The notes: a model not told the origin generated them from the letters alone. DNA of 64,000 bases from an uncultured Gammaproteobacteria bacterium (GCA_963743995.1 CAVUSC010000001.1:3355-67354); one strand, 5' to 3'; positions 38,077 to 50,489 are shown, counted from the first letter of the stretch. Translations and numbers: made by a program.

Positions 38077-39717
38077 CTATTCCTCGTCGAGGCTGTCAGA
38101 CAGCACGGCACGGCGATCGCGCATGAACTGCTGCAGGGCCTCGTCGATGGCGGGATCGAGGCCGGGGTCTTCGTAGTCGGCGAGCATGCGCTTCCAGACG
38201 ACGTTCGCGCGCTGTTCCGCGTTCAGGCTGCCTTCGCTCGACCACTGTTCGTACGAGGAGTAATCGGCGATGGTCGACTGATGAAACGCCGCCTCGAAGT
38301 TTTCCTGCGTGTGTGCGCAACCGAGGAAGTGTCCGCCCGGGCCGACTTCACGGATGGCATCCAGTGCCTGGCCGCGCGGGCTCACGTCCATGCCATTCGC
38401 CAGCGCCTGCATCATCGCGAGCTGGTCGATGTCCATCACGAACTTTTCGTACCCCGCGACGAGTCCGCCTTCGAGCCAGCCGGCTGCGTGCGTGACGAGA
38501 TTGACACCGGCGAGCAGGGTGGGCAGCAGTGTGTGAGCGCTTTCATAGGCGGCCTGTGCATCCGCGACCTTCGACGAGCAAAGCGATCCGCCGCTGCGGC
38601 AAGGCACGTTGAGCCTGCGTGCCAGCTGCGCGGTGGCGAAGATCATCTGCGTTGCTTCGGCCGTGCCGAACGTGGGGGCGCCGGTGCGCATCGAGATGGC
38701 GCCGACGAACGAGCCCATGATCACCGGGGCACCCGGCCGGACGAGCTGCGTCAGCGCCATGCCGGCCAGTGTCTCGGCCAGCAGTTCTGCCATGCATCCG
38801 GCCGGTGTCACTGGCCCCATCGCGCCGGCGAGCACGGCCGGCACGATGATCGTGCCCTGGTTGCGGGAAGCGAAGGCACGCAGCGCGCCTAGCATGCGGC
38901 CGTCGAACGTCAGCGGTGAATTCGAGTTGATGTTGCCGAGCAGAACGCAGTGGGCGTCGGTGAAGTCCGGGCCAAACAGGATGCTGGCCATGCGCACCGC
39001 GTCCGCCGCGTGTCCCGGCGTTTCCGGCGTGCCCTCGCAACCCTGGTCGCTGTAGCGGAAGAACGCGTACTGGACATCGAGGTGGCGCTTGCCCTCGGGC
39101 ACGTCCATCGGCTCGACCATGCAGCCGCCGGAGAAATGGATGGCAGGCGCGACGTGGGCGAGCTTGATGAAGTTGTGCAGGTCGGTGAGCGTGCCATAGC
39201 GGCGACCGCCATCCAGGTCGGTCACGAAGGGCGGGCCACCGACCGGCGAGAACACCGTCGCGTCGCCCCCAAGGCGCACGCTGCGAACCGGATTTCTGGC
39301 ATGCAGGACGAACTCGCGTGGTGCGGTGCGCAGCAACTGCCGGGCGAGACCGCGGGGTATGCGGACACGCTCGCCGCGCACTTCCGCGCCTGCTTCCCGC
39401 CACAGGCGCAGCGATTCCGGGTCGCGCCGGAACTCGATGCCGATCTCTTCGAGGATCGTCTCGGCGTTGGCCTCGATGATCTCGACTGCCTCGGTGTGCA
39501 GCAGCTCGACTGCGGGGATCCGGCGGCGGATGTAGGGAAGCTTTCCGGCCGCGCGGTGCGAGCGTGCTGCGCGCCGGGTTTCGCGGCTACTGCTGCGGCC
39601 GGTGCGATAGATCGTGGACGTGTCGCTCAATGGCGCAGCTCGCGTTCGTGGCCGGCCGGCGGCCGACTGCGTTGCTATATACCACCTGGCGTGCCCGACG
39701 CGCCCGGTTCGCGTCAC
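38077..39717 (-). CDS. trimethylamine methyltransferase (MttB) superfamily protein, non-pyrrolysine type
   Basis: Family-typical RRAARS..LPYIRRRIP N-terminus and TIM-barrel body with no in-frame TAG. GTG 39717 has an AGGTGG SD; alternative TTG at 39630. Confidence 0.8.
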   Translation of the reverse strand: MTRTGRVGHARWYIATQSAAGRPRTRAAPLSDTSTIYRTGRSSSRETRRAARSHRAAGKLPYIRRRIPAVELLHTEAVEIIEANAETILEEIGIEFRRDPESLRLWREAGAEVRGERVRIPRGLARQLLRTAPREFVLHARNPVRSVRLGGDATVFSPVGGPPFVTDLDGGRRYGTLTDLHNFIKLAHVAPAIHFSGGCMVEPMDVPEGKRHLDVQYAFFRYSDQGCEGTPETPGHAADAVRMASILFGPDFTDAHCVLLGNINSNSPLTFDGRMLGALRAFASRNQGTIIVPAVLAGAMGPVTPAGCMAELLAETLAGMALTQLVRPGAPVIMGSFVGAISMRTGAPTFGTAEATQMIFATAQLARRLNVPCRSGGSLCSSKVADAQAAYESAHTLLPTLLAGVNLVTHAAGWLEGGLVAGYEKFVMDIDQLAMMQALANGMDVSPRGQALDAIREVGPGGHFLGCAHTQENFEAAFHQSTIADYSSYEQWSSEGSLNAEQRANVVWKRMLADYEDPGLDPAIDEALQQFMRDRRAVLSDSLDEE

Positions 39718-39753
39718 CGCTGACCACCTGTCACGCGGGTACCGGGGCGGTCG

Positions 39754-41166
39754 TCAGGCCTGGCGTTTCTGTCGCAGGTCCGCGCGCACGCGTGCGTACT
39801 CGATCCCGAAGGCCTCCGTGAATGACCGCGGCATTTCTTCGGTGCCGGCGGTCTGCTGGGTCAGCAGGCGATAGAATTCGGAGTAGTGCTCCCAGTACTT
39901 CGGACGCGGATCCTGCCCGGGTGCGAGCTGGCGGGCACGACCCTGCTCGAACTGATCGGCGACATTCGTCGGCGAAAGCTGCACGAGAACGGCGTCGAGT
40001 CCGGACTTCATGCCAGCCGCGAGCGCTGTTTCGTGGTCCCGCGTCTCCTGCAGCACGTCCCGCAAGGAGTCGACCGGGCCGGCAAACAGGCGGCCGTGGG
40101 ATTCAAACAGTCGCTGCAATGCCTGCTCGATGCTCGCCGACGAACGCAGTGGGTTGCTGCTGTTGCCTGGCGCCACAGGCACGCCTGACACGGCTGTACC
40201 GACGGCCCCGGAAGCGCGGGCACGCTGGATGTCGTTGATGCCGACGACCGCTTCGCGCAGCAACTGGCCCGCGACGAGCGGCAGCATGGCCTGGGCTTCC
40301 GGCGACAGCGTGGTCGGATCGATGCCGGCGCCGCGGCAGAAAGCCTGCACCGCGGAGCGCAGGTCCGTCCACGTACTGGCCTGCTGGTGAAAAGGGATGG
40401 TGCGGTCCCGGGCTTCGGCGCGATTCTTGCGACGTGCAAGCGCATCCTCGAGTTCTTCGCGCGGAATCTGTCGCGTCTTCAGCGCCCAGTCCTGGTTGCC
40501 CGGTGCCGGCGCTGCAGGCTTACCCGGGAGTGATGGCGCTGGGGCGGACTCGCTGCCGACGACCGGGTCTGCGCCCGGCACGACCGAATCGAAGCGGCCC
40601 GTGCGGGTCGGGTCGAAAGAATTCTCGCCCAGCGTCTCCACGGATCGCTGCAGCGTCTGGAGCAGGTTTGCGCGCGCCTCGGCATTCAATCGCACGCCGA
40701 ATGCGTTGCCGACTGGGAGCGAGCCGCTCTCGCCGCCGTCGCGCGGCGTGAACAGGCTGTCGAGGTCGAGGCTGTGTCCGATGTCCGGATCGAGGTGCTT
40801 GGCGGCGGAATTCTCGTCGCCCGAGGTCGGCAGGAAATCGATGCGATTGTCGACGCTGACCAGGATGTCGTAGTCGCCTACTCGCAACCGGTCGCCATCG
40901 TGCAGTTCGGTGCGGCCCGCGGTCGAAACGGGATCTTCCGCGTCGTTGACGAAGACGCCGTTGGTGCTGGTGTCGACCAGCCAGTACTTGCCGCCGGAGA
41001 ACTGCACTTCGAAGTGGTGGCCCGAGACCACGCGGCGCGGGTCGGGCAGGATCCAGTCGTTGCCAGGCGCGCGTCCCACCGTGCCACCGTTGACACCAAA
41101 GACACGCGAGCGGTTCTCGCCCAGATCACGATAATGCTCGCTGATGACGCGAAGTTTGATGGCCAT
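39754..41166 (-). CDS. tagH: FHA-domain protein of the TagH (T6SS-associated Fha) type
   Basis: FHA core GRAPGNDWILPDP..VSGHHFEV..WLVDTSTNGVFVN, long low-complexity linker, conserved TagH-like C-terminal domain. Confidence 0.7.
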   Translation of the reverse strand: MAIKLRVISEHYRDLGENRSRVFGVNGGTVGRAPGNDWILPDPRRVVSGHHFEVQFSGGKYWLVDTSTNGVFVNDAEDPVSTAGRTELHDGDRLRVGDYDILVSVDNRIDFLPTSGDENSAAKHLDPDIGHSLDLDSLFTPRDGGESGSLPVGNAFGVRLNAEARANLLQTLQRSVETLGENSFDPTRTGRFDSVVPGADPVVGSESAPAPSLPGKPAAPAPGNQDWALKTRQIPREELEDALARRKNRAEARDRTIPFHQQASTWTDLRSAVQAFCRGAGIDPTTLSPEAQAMLPLVAGQLLREAVVGINDIQRARASGAVGTAVSGVPVAPGNSSNPLRSSASIEQALQRLFESHGRLFAGPVDSLRDVLQETRDHETALAAGMKSGLDAVLVQLSPTNVADQFEQGRARQLAPGQDPRPKYWEHYSEFYRLLTQQTAGTEEMPRSFTEAFGIEYARVRADLRQKRQA

Positions 41167-41291
41167 GTAGTTGCTGGCGCTGAGTGCCTGTTGCTTTCAG
41201 TCCAGTCCCGTCGACGGGTCGGAAGCCGCTGACGCTGGTCCGCGACCCTTGTAATATGCGGCGACCCTAACACGCAAGGCGTGCCGGCCTC

Positions 41292-41639
41292 ATGGCCTCC
41301 AGTCACATTTTCAAGGTCATTTTCCACAACCAGGGCAAGGTCTTCGAGATCTACGCCCGCAAGGTGGGTCATGGCGCGATCTTCGGCTTCATCGAGGTCG
41401 AAGAACTGATTTTCGGCGAGAAGTCGACGGTCGTGGTCGACCCTGCCGAGGAGAAGATCCAGACCGAGTTCGCCGGCGTCAAGCGCACCTACCTCCCGCT
41501 GCACTCGGTCATCCGCATCGACGAGGTGCGCAAGTCGGGCGTCAGCAAGGTTTCCGCAGCGGATTCCGGCTCGAATGTCTCGCCCTTTCCGTTTCCCGTC
41601 TATACGCCCCCAGGCGGGCCTGGCAACCGCGAAAAATAG
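41292..41639 (+). CDS. small conserved protein (DUF1820-like)
   Basis: FKVIFHNQGKVFEIYARKV..FIEVEELIFGE..VVDPAEEKIQTEFAGVKRTYLPLHSVIRIDEV. As far as I recall, a common purL-upstream neighbour. Confidence 0.6.
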   Translation: MASSHIFKVIFHNQGKVFEIYARKVGHGAIFGFIEVEELIFGEKSTVVVDPAEEKIQTEFAGVKRTYLPLHSVIRIDEVRKSGVSKVSAADSGSNVSPFPFPVYTPPGGPGNREK

Positions 41640-41735
41640 AGCAACGGCGCGGCTTTACGTCGCCGTGTGCTGGTCCGGACCGGCCTGCTCCGGTATCATT
41701 TGCGGCTCACTTTTGACCGGCGGCCGCTCTCGCTC

Positions 41736-44700
41736 ATGCTCACCTTCAGCGGCGCTCCCGCGCTCTCGGGTTTCCGGCTCGACAAGGTCCTCGCGACCCT
41801 TCGCGCACGGGTTCCGCACGTCGCAGGGGTCGACACCCGGTACCTCCATTTTGTCGAGGTCGCGGCTTCGTTGTCGCACGAACAGAACGCCGTTCTCGAG
41901 GCGCTGTTGCGTTACGGGCCGTCGATCCAGGAGGGTGGCCAGGCAGGGGGGCCCGCAGGCGAGTTGCTGCTGGTCGTGCCGCGCTTCGGCACCGTGTCGC
42001 CCTGGTCGTCGAAGGCGACCGACATCGCTCACGTCTGCGGCCTGGCTGCAGTCACCCGCATCGAGCGCGGCGTCGCTTACTACATTGGGTCGTCACAGCC
42101 GCTGAGTCAGGCCGACCAAGGGGCAATCGCCGCGGTCATCCACGATCGCATGACCGAGACCGTGCTCGAATCGATCGACGAGGCGGCGAGCCTGTTTGGG
42201 CACCATGCGGCGCAGCCGCTCGCGACCGTGCCAGTGCTGGCGCAGGGCAGGGCGGCGCTCGAGCGTGCCAATGCCGAACTGGGCCTCGCGCTGTCCGAGG
42301 ACGAAATCGATTACCTGGTCGTCGCGTTCGTGGAGCAGATGCGGCGCGATCCGAGCGACGTCGAACTCATGATGTTCGCGCAGGCCAACTCCGAGCACTG
42401 CCGGCACAAGATCTTCAACGCGGACTGGATCGTCGACGGCAAGCGCAGCGAGAAGTCGCTGTTCGGCATGATCCGCAACACGTACCGCGTCAGCCCGCAG
42501 GGCGTGCTCTCGGCGTATCGCGACAATGCCGCCGTCATCGAAGGCTGGCCGGGCAGGCGCTGGTTCGCGCAGGCCGGCGACGGCAACTACGAGGGTTCCG
42601 ACGAGCCCATCGACATCCTGATGAAGGTGGAGACCCACAACCACCCGACGGCGATCTCGCCGTTCCCTGGCGCGGCCACCGGCTCAGGCGGCGAGATTCG
42701 CGACGAAGGCGCGACCGGTCGCGGCTCGAAGCCGAAAGCAGGTCTCGTCGGCTTCTCGGTTTCGAACCTGCGCATCCCCGGGTTCGAGCAGCCGTGGGAG
42801 CAGGATTTCGGCAAGCCCGAGCGCATCGTGCCCGCGCTGCAGATCATGCTCGACGGGCCGATCGGCGCTGCCGCGTTCAACAACGAATTCGGGCGGCCGA
42901 ACATCTACGGCTACTTCCGCACGTTCGAGCAGAACGTCGACACACCGGGACGCGTCGTCGCTGCGCGGCTACCACAAGCCCATCATGATCGCGGGCGGCC
43001 TCGGCAACATCCGGCGCTCGCACGTCGAGAAGGCGCCGGTCGTTCCCGGCGCGAAGATCGTCGTGCTGGGCGGCCCGTCGATGCTGATCGGGCTGGGCGG
43101 TGGCGCGGCGTCTTCGATGGGCGCGGGCTCGAGTTCGGCGGACCTCGATTTCGCGTCGGTGCAGCGCGGCAATCCGGAAATGCAGCGGCGCGCGCAGGAA
43201 GTCATCGATGCCTGCTGGGCGATGGGTGACGATAATCCGATCCTGCTCATCCACGACGTGGGTGCCGGCGGTCTCTCCAACGCGATTCCCGAATCGGTGC
43301 ACTTCGGCACGACCGGCGGGCGCATCGACCTGCGCAAGATACTGAGTGACGAGCCAGGCATGTCGCCGCTCGAACTCTGGTGCAACGAATCGCAGGAGCG
43401 CTACGTGCTGGTGATCGCTGCGGAGCAGCTCGCTGCCTTCGGCGCGCTCTGCGATCGCGAACGCTGCCCGTTCGCCGTGGTGGGCGCCGTCACCGACGAT
43501 GCCGTGCTGCGCGTGGACGATCCGCAGTTCGGCAACACGCCGGTCGACATGCCCCTGGAGACACTGCTCGGCAAGCCGCCGAGGATGACGCGCGACGTCA
43601 GGCGCATGCCGCACGCCGGCGACGGTTTTTCGGCGCAGGACGTCAAGGACGTGCGCGAAGCGGCGCTGCGCGTGCTGACCCTGCCGGCGGTGGCGGACAA
43701 GACGTTCCTGATCACGATCGGCGACCGCTCGGTCGGCGGCATGATCAGTCGCGACCCGCTGGTGGGGCCGTGGCAGGTTGCAGTGAGCGACGTCGCGGTC
43801 ACGGTCACCGACTATTTCTCGACGCACGGCGAAGCCATGGCGATGGGTGAGCGCACGCCGCTCGCGTTGCTCGACGCGGCCGCCTCCGGTCGCATGGCCG
43901 TCGCCGAAGCCGTGACCAACATCATTGCCGCCGACGTTCGGCGCCTCGAAGACATCCGGCTCTCCGCGAACTGGATGGCCGCCTGCGGCGAGCCGGGTGA
44001 AGACGCCGACCTGTACGACACCGTGCATGCAGTGGGCGAAGAGTTCTGTCCCGCGCTCGGCATTGCCATCCCGGTCGGCAAGGACTCGCTGTCGATGAAG
44101 ACCGCTTGGACGGCGCACGATGGTGAGCGCAAGGTCGTGTCGCCGGTGTCGCTGATCGTCTCGGCGTTCGCGCCGGTGGAGGACGTGCGCCGCACGCTGA
44201 CGCCGCAGCTGCGGCTGGACCGCGGCGCCACGCGGCTGTTGCTGGTCGACCTGGGCGCGGGACGCAATCGTCTCGGCGCTTCGTGCCTGGCGCAGGTCTA
44301 CGGCCGCATCGGCGCGGTCGCACCGGACTGCGACGACCCCGGGCGACTGCGTGACTTCGTGGGCGCAATCATCGAACTGCGATGCCAGGGCCTGATCCTC
44401 GCATACCACGATCGTTCGGATGGTGGACTGTTCGCGACATTGGCGGAGATGGCGTTCGCCGGGCACTGCGGTCTCGACATCACGCTGGCGGCAGGTGACC
44501 AGGATGCGGCCGTCGCCGAACTCTTCGCGGAAGAGCTGGGTGCGGTGCTGCAGGTCGAAACCGCCCGACTCACTGCCGTGCAGGCCGTGTTCGCTGCCGC
44601 GGGTCTCGGCTCGATGGTGCACGACCTCGGCACGGCCGAAGCCTTCGACCGCATCGTCATCGGCGACCGGCACGGCAAGTCGGTGCTGGACGCCACCCGC

Positions 44701-45654
44701 ACCGAACTGCGCTCGGCGTGGTCCGAGACGAGTTACCGACTGCAGTCCCTGCGTGACAATCCGGCATGCGCGCGCGAAGAGCGCGACCAGGCCACCGACC
44801 CGAAGGACCCGGGACTGTTTGCCACGTTGACGTACGATCCGGCCGAGGACATCGCCGCGCCGTACGTGTTGCGCGGTGCGCGGCCCGAGATCGCGATCCT
44901 GCGCGAGCAGGGTGTGAACAGCCAGCTGGAGATGGCCGCGGCCTTCGATCGGGCGGGCTTCCGGCCGGCCGACGTGCACATGACCGACCTGATCGCCGGC
45001 CGCACGCGACTGGAGGGATTCAAGGGCCTGGTGGCCTGCGGAGGATTCTCATACGGCGACGTGCTCGGCGCCGGCGAGGGGTGGGCTAAGTCGATCCTTT
45101 TCAATGCCGAGTTGCGCGAACAGTTCGCCGGGTTTTTCGCGCGGCCTGACAGTTTCACGCTCGGTGTCTGCAACGGCTGCCAGATGTTGTCGACGCTGAA
45201 GTCGCTGATCCCCGGCGCCGGTCACTGGCCCCGGTTCGTTCGCAATCGCTCCGAGCAGTTCGAAGGACGCGTGGGACTCGTCGAAATCCTGCCGACGCCC
45301 TCGATCTTCTTCCGTGACATGGCGGGTTCGGTGCTGCCGATCGCGGTGGCGCACGGCGAGGGCCGCGCTGAGTTCGCGCACGAAGCGGCCGAACGGGAGT
45401 GCGCCAGCGGCGGGCTGGTGAGCCTGCGATGGGTGGACAACCATGGCAAGGTCGCCCTGACATACCCTTCCAACCCGAACGGCTCGCCGGCCGGGATCAC
45501 GGGGCTCACGACAGCGGACGGGCGCGCGACGATCCTGATGCCGCACCCGGAGCGGGTGTATCGGACCGTGCAGAATTCGTGGCACCCGGAGACCTGGGCC
45601 GAGGACGGCGGCTGGATGCGGATGTTCCGCAACGCCCGCGTCTGGGTCGACTAG
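41736..45654 (+). CDS. purL: phosphoribosylformylglycinamidine synthase (single-chain PurL), apparent frameshift near 42960
   Basis: [40 protein letters not shown]-terminal GATase GVCNGCQM. Split into ORFs 41667-43229 and 42985-45654. ..[15 protein letters not shown] switches frame to [17 protein letters not shown]. Confidence 0.9.
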
Positions 45655-45800
45655 GAAGGGGAGGAAGGTCGGGAAGGCCTGGAAGGAAGGACAGGAAGGG
45701 GTTAGGGCCAGGAGTTCTTCAGCATCACCGCCGCGCGAGCAAGAATTCTTCGCACGAAGTGCGTGCCTAATACCTTCCTGACCTTCCGCTGGCCTTCCCC
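45654..45800. repeat. GGAAGG array / central unique part / CCTTCC array (imperfect long inverted repeat) between purL and the DUF4145 gene
   Basis: Five GGAAGG units at 45654-45707 and three CCTTCC units at 45773-45800. Inner palindrome AAGAATTCTT. Confidence 0.7.
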
Positions 45801-46514
45801 TTACTCCCTTGCGGCTCTCCCGATCGGCGTGATCTTGTCGAGCGTCTCTTCGGCGAAGAACTTCCGCACCATCATCGCCTGCTGCAGCCTGCCCTTGCGC
45901 ACATAGGCCTCGTACAGCATGTCCTTGACGATTTCGAGCAGCACGCCCGCGTCGCTCGCGCTGAGTTCCGGCCACTGCGGCGACGGATCGGCATCGCTGC
46001 TGAAGAGCACTTTCTTCACGATGCCGAACGTCTCGTTGTCGATCTCCGCCATCTCGCGTGCTTCCCGCGCCTCCTCGAAGATGCGCAAGCGGCCGTTCTC
46101 GCCGAGGTCCTGGAAGACCATCTGCGCGGTGCGGCGGCACATTGAAGCGAAGGCATTGAAGTAGCCCGACGAATAACAACCGAGCGCCTCGCGGAACAGC
46201 CGCTCGACGTTCTCGGGCAGGTAGGTGAAGTTGAACTTCTCCTTCGCACGCTCGAGCTCGATGAAATTGTTCGCGAGTTCGACGCGGTTGGCTGCGTACA
46301 TCTTGACCGCGAACTTGAGAAAAATCGGCGCGCCGCACGAATCGCAGCGATAGACGATGCCCACGTGGTTGGGACGGCTTGCGACGAGCTCGGAGTACTG
46401 CGGGATCGAGACCGCAGTGATGTGCGAGTACACCTGGCAGTGCGGGCACGGCAGGGCCAGGGCGCGCTCCTGGTCGTGGTGCAGACGGCTGCTGGAATCG
46501 ACGTAGACGGACAT
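45801..46514 (-). CDS. zinc-ribbon plus DUF4145-like helical domain protein
   Basis: CPHC..CDSC N-terminal ribbon. LFREALGCYSSGYFNAFASMCRRTAQMVFQDLG resembles the DUF4145 core. Confidence 0.6.
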   Translation of the reverse strand: MSVYVDSSSRLHHDQERALALPCPHCQVYSHITAVSIPQYSELVASRPNHVGIVYRCDSCGAPIFLKFAVKMYAANRVELANNFIELERAKEKFNFTYLPENVERLFREALGCYSSGYFNAFASMCRRTAQMVFQDLGENGRLRIFEEAREAREMAEIDNETFGIVKKVLFSSDADPSPQWPELSASDAGVLLEIVKDMLYEAYVRKGRLQQAMMVRKFFAEETLDKITPIGRAARE

Positions 46515-46520
46515 CTTGTC

Positions 46521-47283
46521 TCAGCCCTTGGTCCGATCGTTGCCACTTTCAGTGTAGCGCATTGCCTTTGCAGCCGCTTCGTTTGCCGGTCGCGCGTCGA
46601 GCACGATGTCTGGCTTGCCGGGCTCCCGTGTCAGGAAGATGTCGTACCGGGCGCCATCGGCCAGCGGCCGCCAGGGGCTGTACGCATGCCGGGCGTCGAT
46701 GCGGGCGTGCCATCCAGAAGCTGTCCGGGCCTGCGCCCAGATGTCTTCGCCGGCCTCGTCTACGTCACTCAAGGCATAACTGGTGGGGACGAGCAGGGCT
46801 GGCGCCGACTTTGCCGGCAACCACCGACTTTGTTGCCGCTGGAGCGCCCTTGGACGGGACCTCTGGGGCCAATTCCGTGCGCAGGTAGCGGCCGCCGAGC
46901 CGGTCCAGCCGGAAGCGATCGTGCAGCCCCAGTTCAGCGGTCCGACCCGTCCAGACCAACGTCCGGGCGTCCAACCGCCATTCGTCGCCCGCCATCTCGA
47001 ACACCTGCATGCGGCCTGCGGGCAGCCGGGTGAGGGTGACCCGGTAGGCGCTCGGCCCCGTTCGCTCGCTATGGACCTGGGCGATCAGGGTCTTTGGCCG
47101 CATCGTCTCGTACGTCCGCAGGTGCAGGACGGGCGGCCAGAGCTGCTGTGCTGCCAGCAGCAACACGACCGCGACGGCCAGGTTGCCGGCCGCCTCCCAC
47201 GGCCGATGCGCCAGCCAGCGGCTCAGGCTCACCAACAGGGCCAGCAGGCCGAAGGCGACGCAGAGCGCGATGACCCCCAGCAT
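46521..47283 (-). CDS. two-TM membrane protein, apparently split by a frameshift (ORFs 46765-47283 and 46521-46820)
   Basis: MLGVIALCVAFGLLALLVSLS.. runs to 46765. A second ORF in the +1 frame overlaps 46765-46820 and continues to 46521 with no separate SD or ATG (TTG only). Confidence 0.5.
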
Positions 47284-47296
47284 GTTGGAACCGGGC

Positions 47297-48821
47297 TCAG
47301 CTGGCGGGAATGAGCGAGGACAGGTCGCCGGAATCGACCAACCGCGCAAGGCTGGCAATGTCGCGATCCAGGCGATGGTCGTCGGGCTGGTACGGCACGA
47401 TCGCCCGCACGACATCGTGCACGCGCTGCAGCTCGGCCGTGGTGGTGAGCGGACGCAATGAATCGAGTGCATGTGCAGCGGCGAGCAGTTCGATGCCCAG
47501 CACGCGCGCGGTGTTGTCACAGATCCTGGCGAGCTTGCGTCCCGCCCACGGCGCCATGCTGACGTGGTCTTCCTGGCCGGCAGAAGTCGGCAGGCTGTCC
47601 ACTGACGCGGGGTGCGCGTACGTCTTGTTCTCCGAGACCAGCGCGGCCGCCGTGACGTGCGCAATCATGAAGCCCGATTCGAGCCCGGGCTCCGTGGTGA
47701 GAAACATGTTCAGGTTCGGGTTCACGCGTCGGTCGAGCAGGTCGATGCGCCGTTCCGACGTGCTGGCGAGTTCCGCGACGGCAATGGCGAGGAAGTCGCT
47801 GATGAACCCGATCGGTTCGGCGTGGAAGTTGCCGCCGGAGAGCACGTCCTCGCCGAAGATCAGCGGGTTGTCGGAGACGCCATTGATGGCGGCGCCAAGC
47901 ACGTCGCGCGCATGGCGCACCGTGTGTTCGACGGCGCCGAACACCTGCGGCATGCAGCGCACCGCGTACGGATCCTGCACCCGCTCGCAGTTTTCGTGGC
48001 TGAGGCGGATCTCGCTGTCCGACGCGAGCAATGCGCGGATGCGGCGGGCCGCGTCGATCTGGCCCGGCAGCCGGCTCGCCTGCTGGATGCGGTCGTCGAA
48101 CGGCGCGTGGCTGCCCGCGAGGCCTTCCACCGTCATCGCGCAACAGACCACGGAGGCATCGAGCAGCGCCTCGGCGCGGAACAGGCCGTCGAGCGCCAGC
48201 GACAAGCTCAATTGCGTTCCGTTGAGCAGCGCGAGACCTTCCTTCGCCTGCAGTTCGAGTGGCTCGACGCCAGCCGCGCGCGGTACGTCAATGTCCTTCA
48301 GGTCGCGCCGCGTGCCGTCGCCGGCGGGTGCTGTCGCCTCGCCTTCGCCGATGAGGGCGAGCGCGAGGTGCGCCAGCGGGGCCAGGTCCCCCGACGCGCC
48401 GACCGATCCCTGCGCCGGGATCACCGGCAATACGTCGGCATTGAGCAGCGCGAGCAGGGCGTCCACGACGAGTGGACGCACGCCGGAGAATCCGGCTGCC
48501 AGGTTGTTTGCCTTGAGCAGCAGCATGCGCCGCACCAGCGCGGGCGACAGCGGATCGCCGACGCCACAAGCGTGACTGCGCACGAGGTTGAGTTGCAGCT
48601 TCCTGGTTTTCTGGGCGGGAATGACACGATTGGCGAAGGCGCCAAAGCCCGTGTTGATGCCGTACGCCGTCCGCCCGGAGGCCACCGTCGCGACGACCGT
48701 GGCCTCGGACTCCCGCATGCGCGCGCGGGCGGGCTCCGACAATTCAACCGGCGGACGCTCGCGCTCGAACCGCCGCAGCTGTTCAAGCGTGAGCGACGCG
48801 CCGTCGATGGCGAGCTTCGTG

Positions 48822-48829
<8 letters not shown>
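47297..48829 (-). CDS. hutH: histidine ammonia-lyase family (MIO enzyme)
   Basis: GSVGASGDLAPLAH (MIO-forming ASG), YGINTGFG, RSHACGVG (Ser-His, HAL-type). ATG 48829 overlaps the ettA stop by 8 nt. Confidence 0.85.
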
Positions 48830-50489
<1,660 letters not shown>

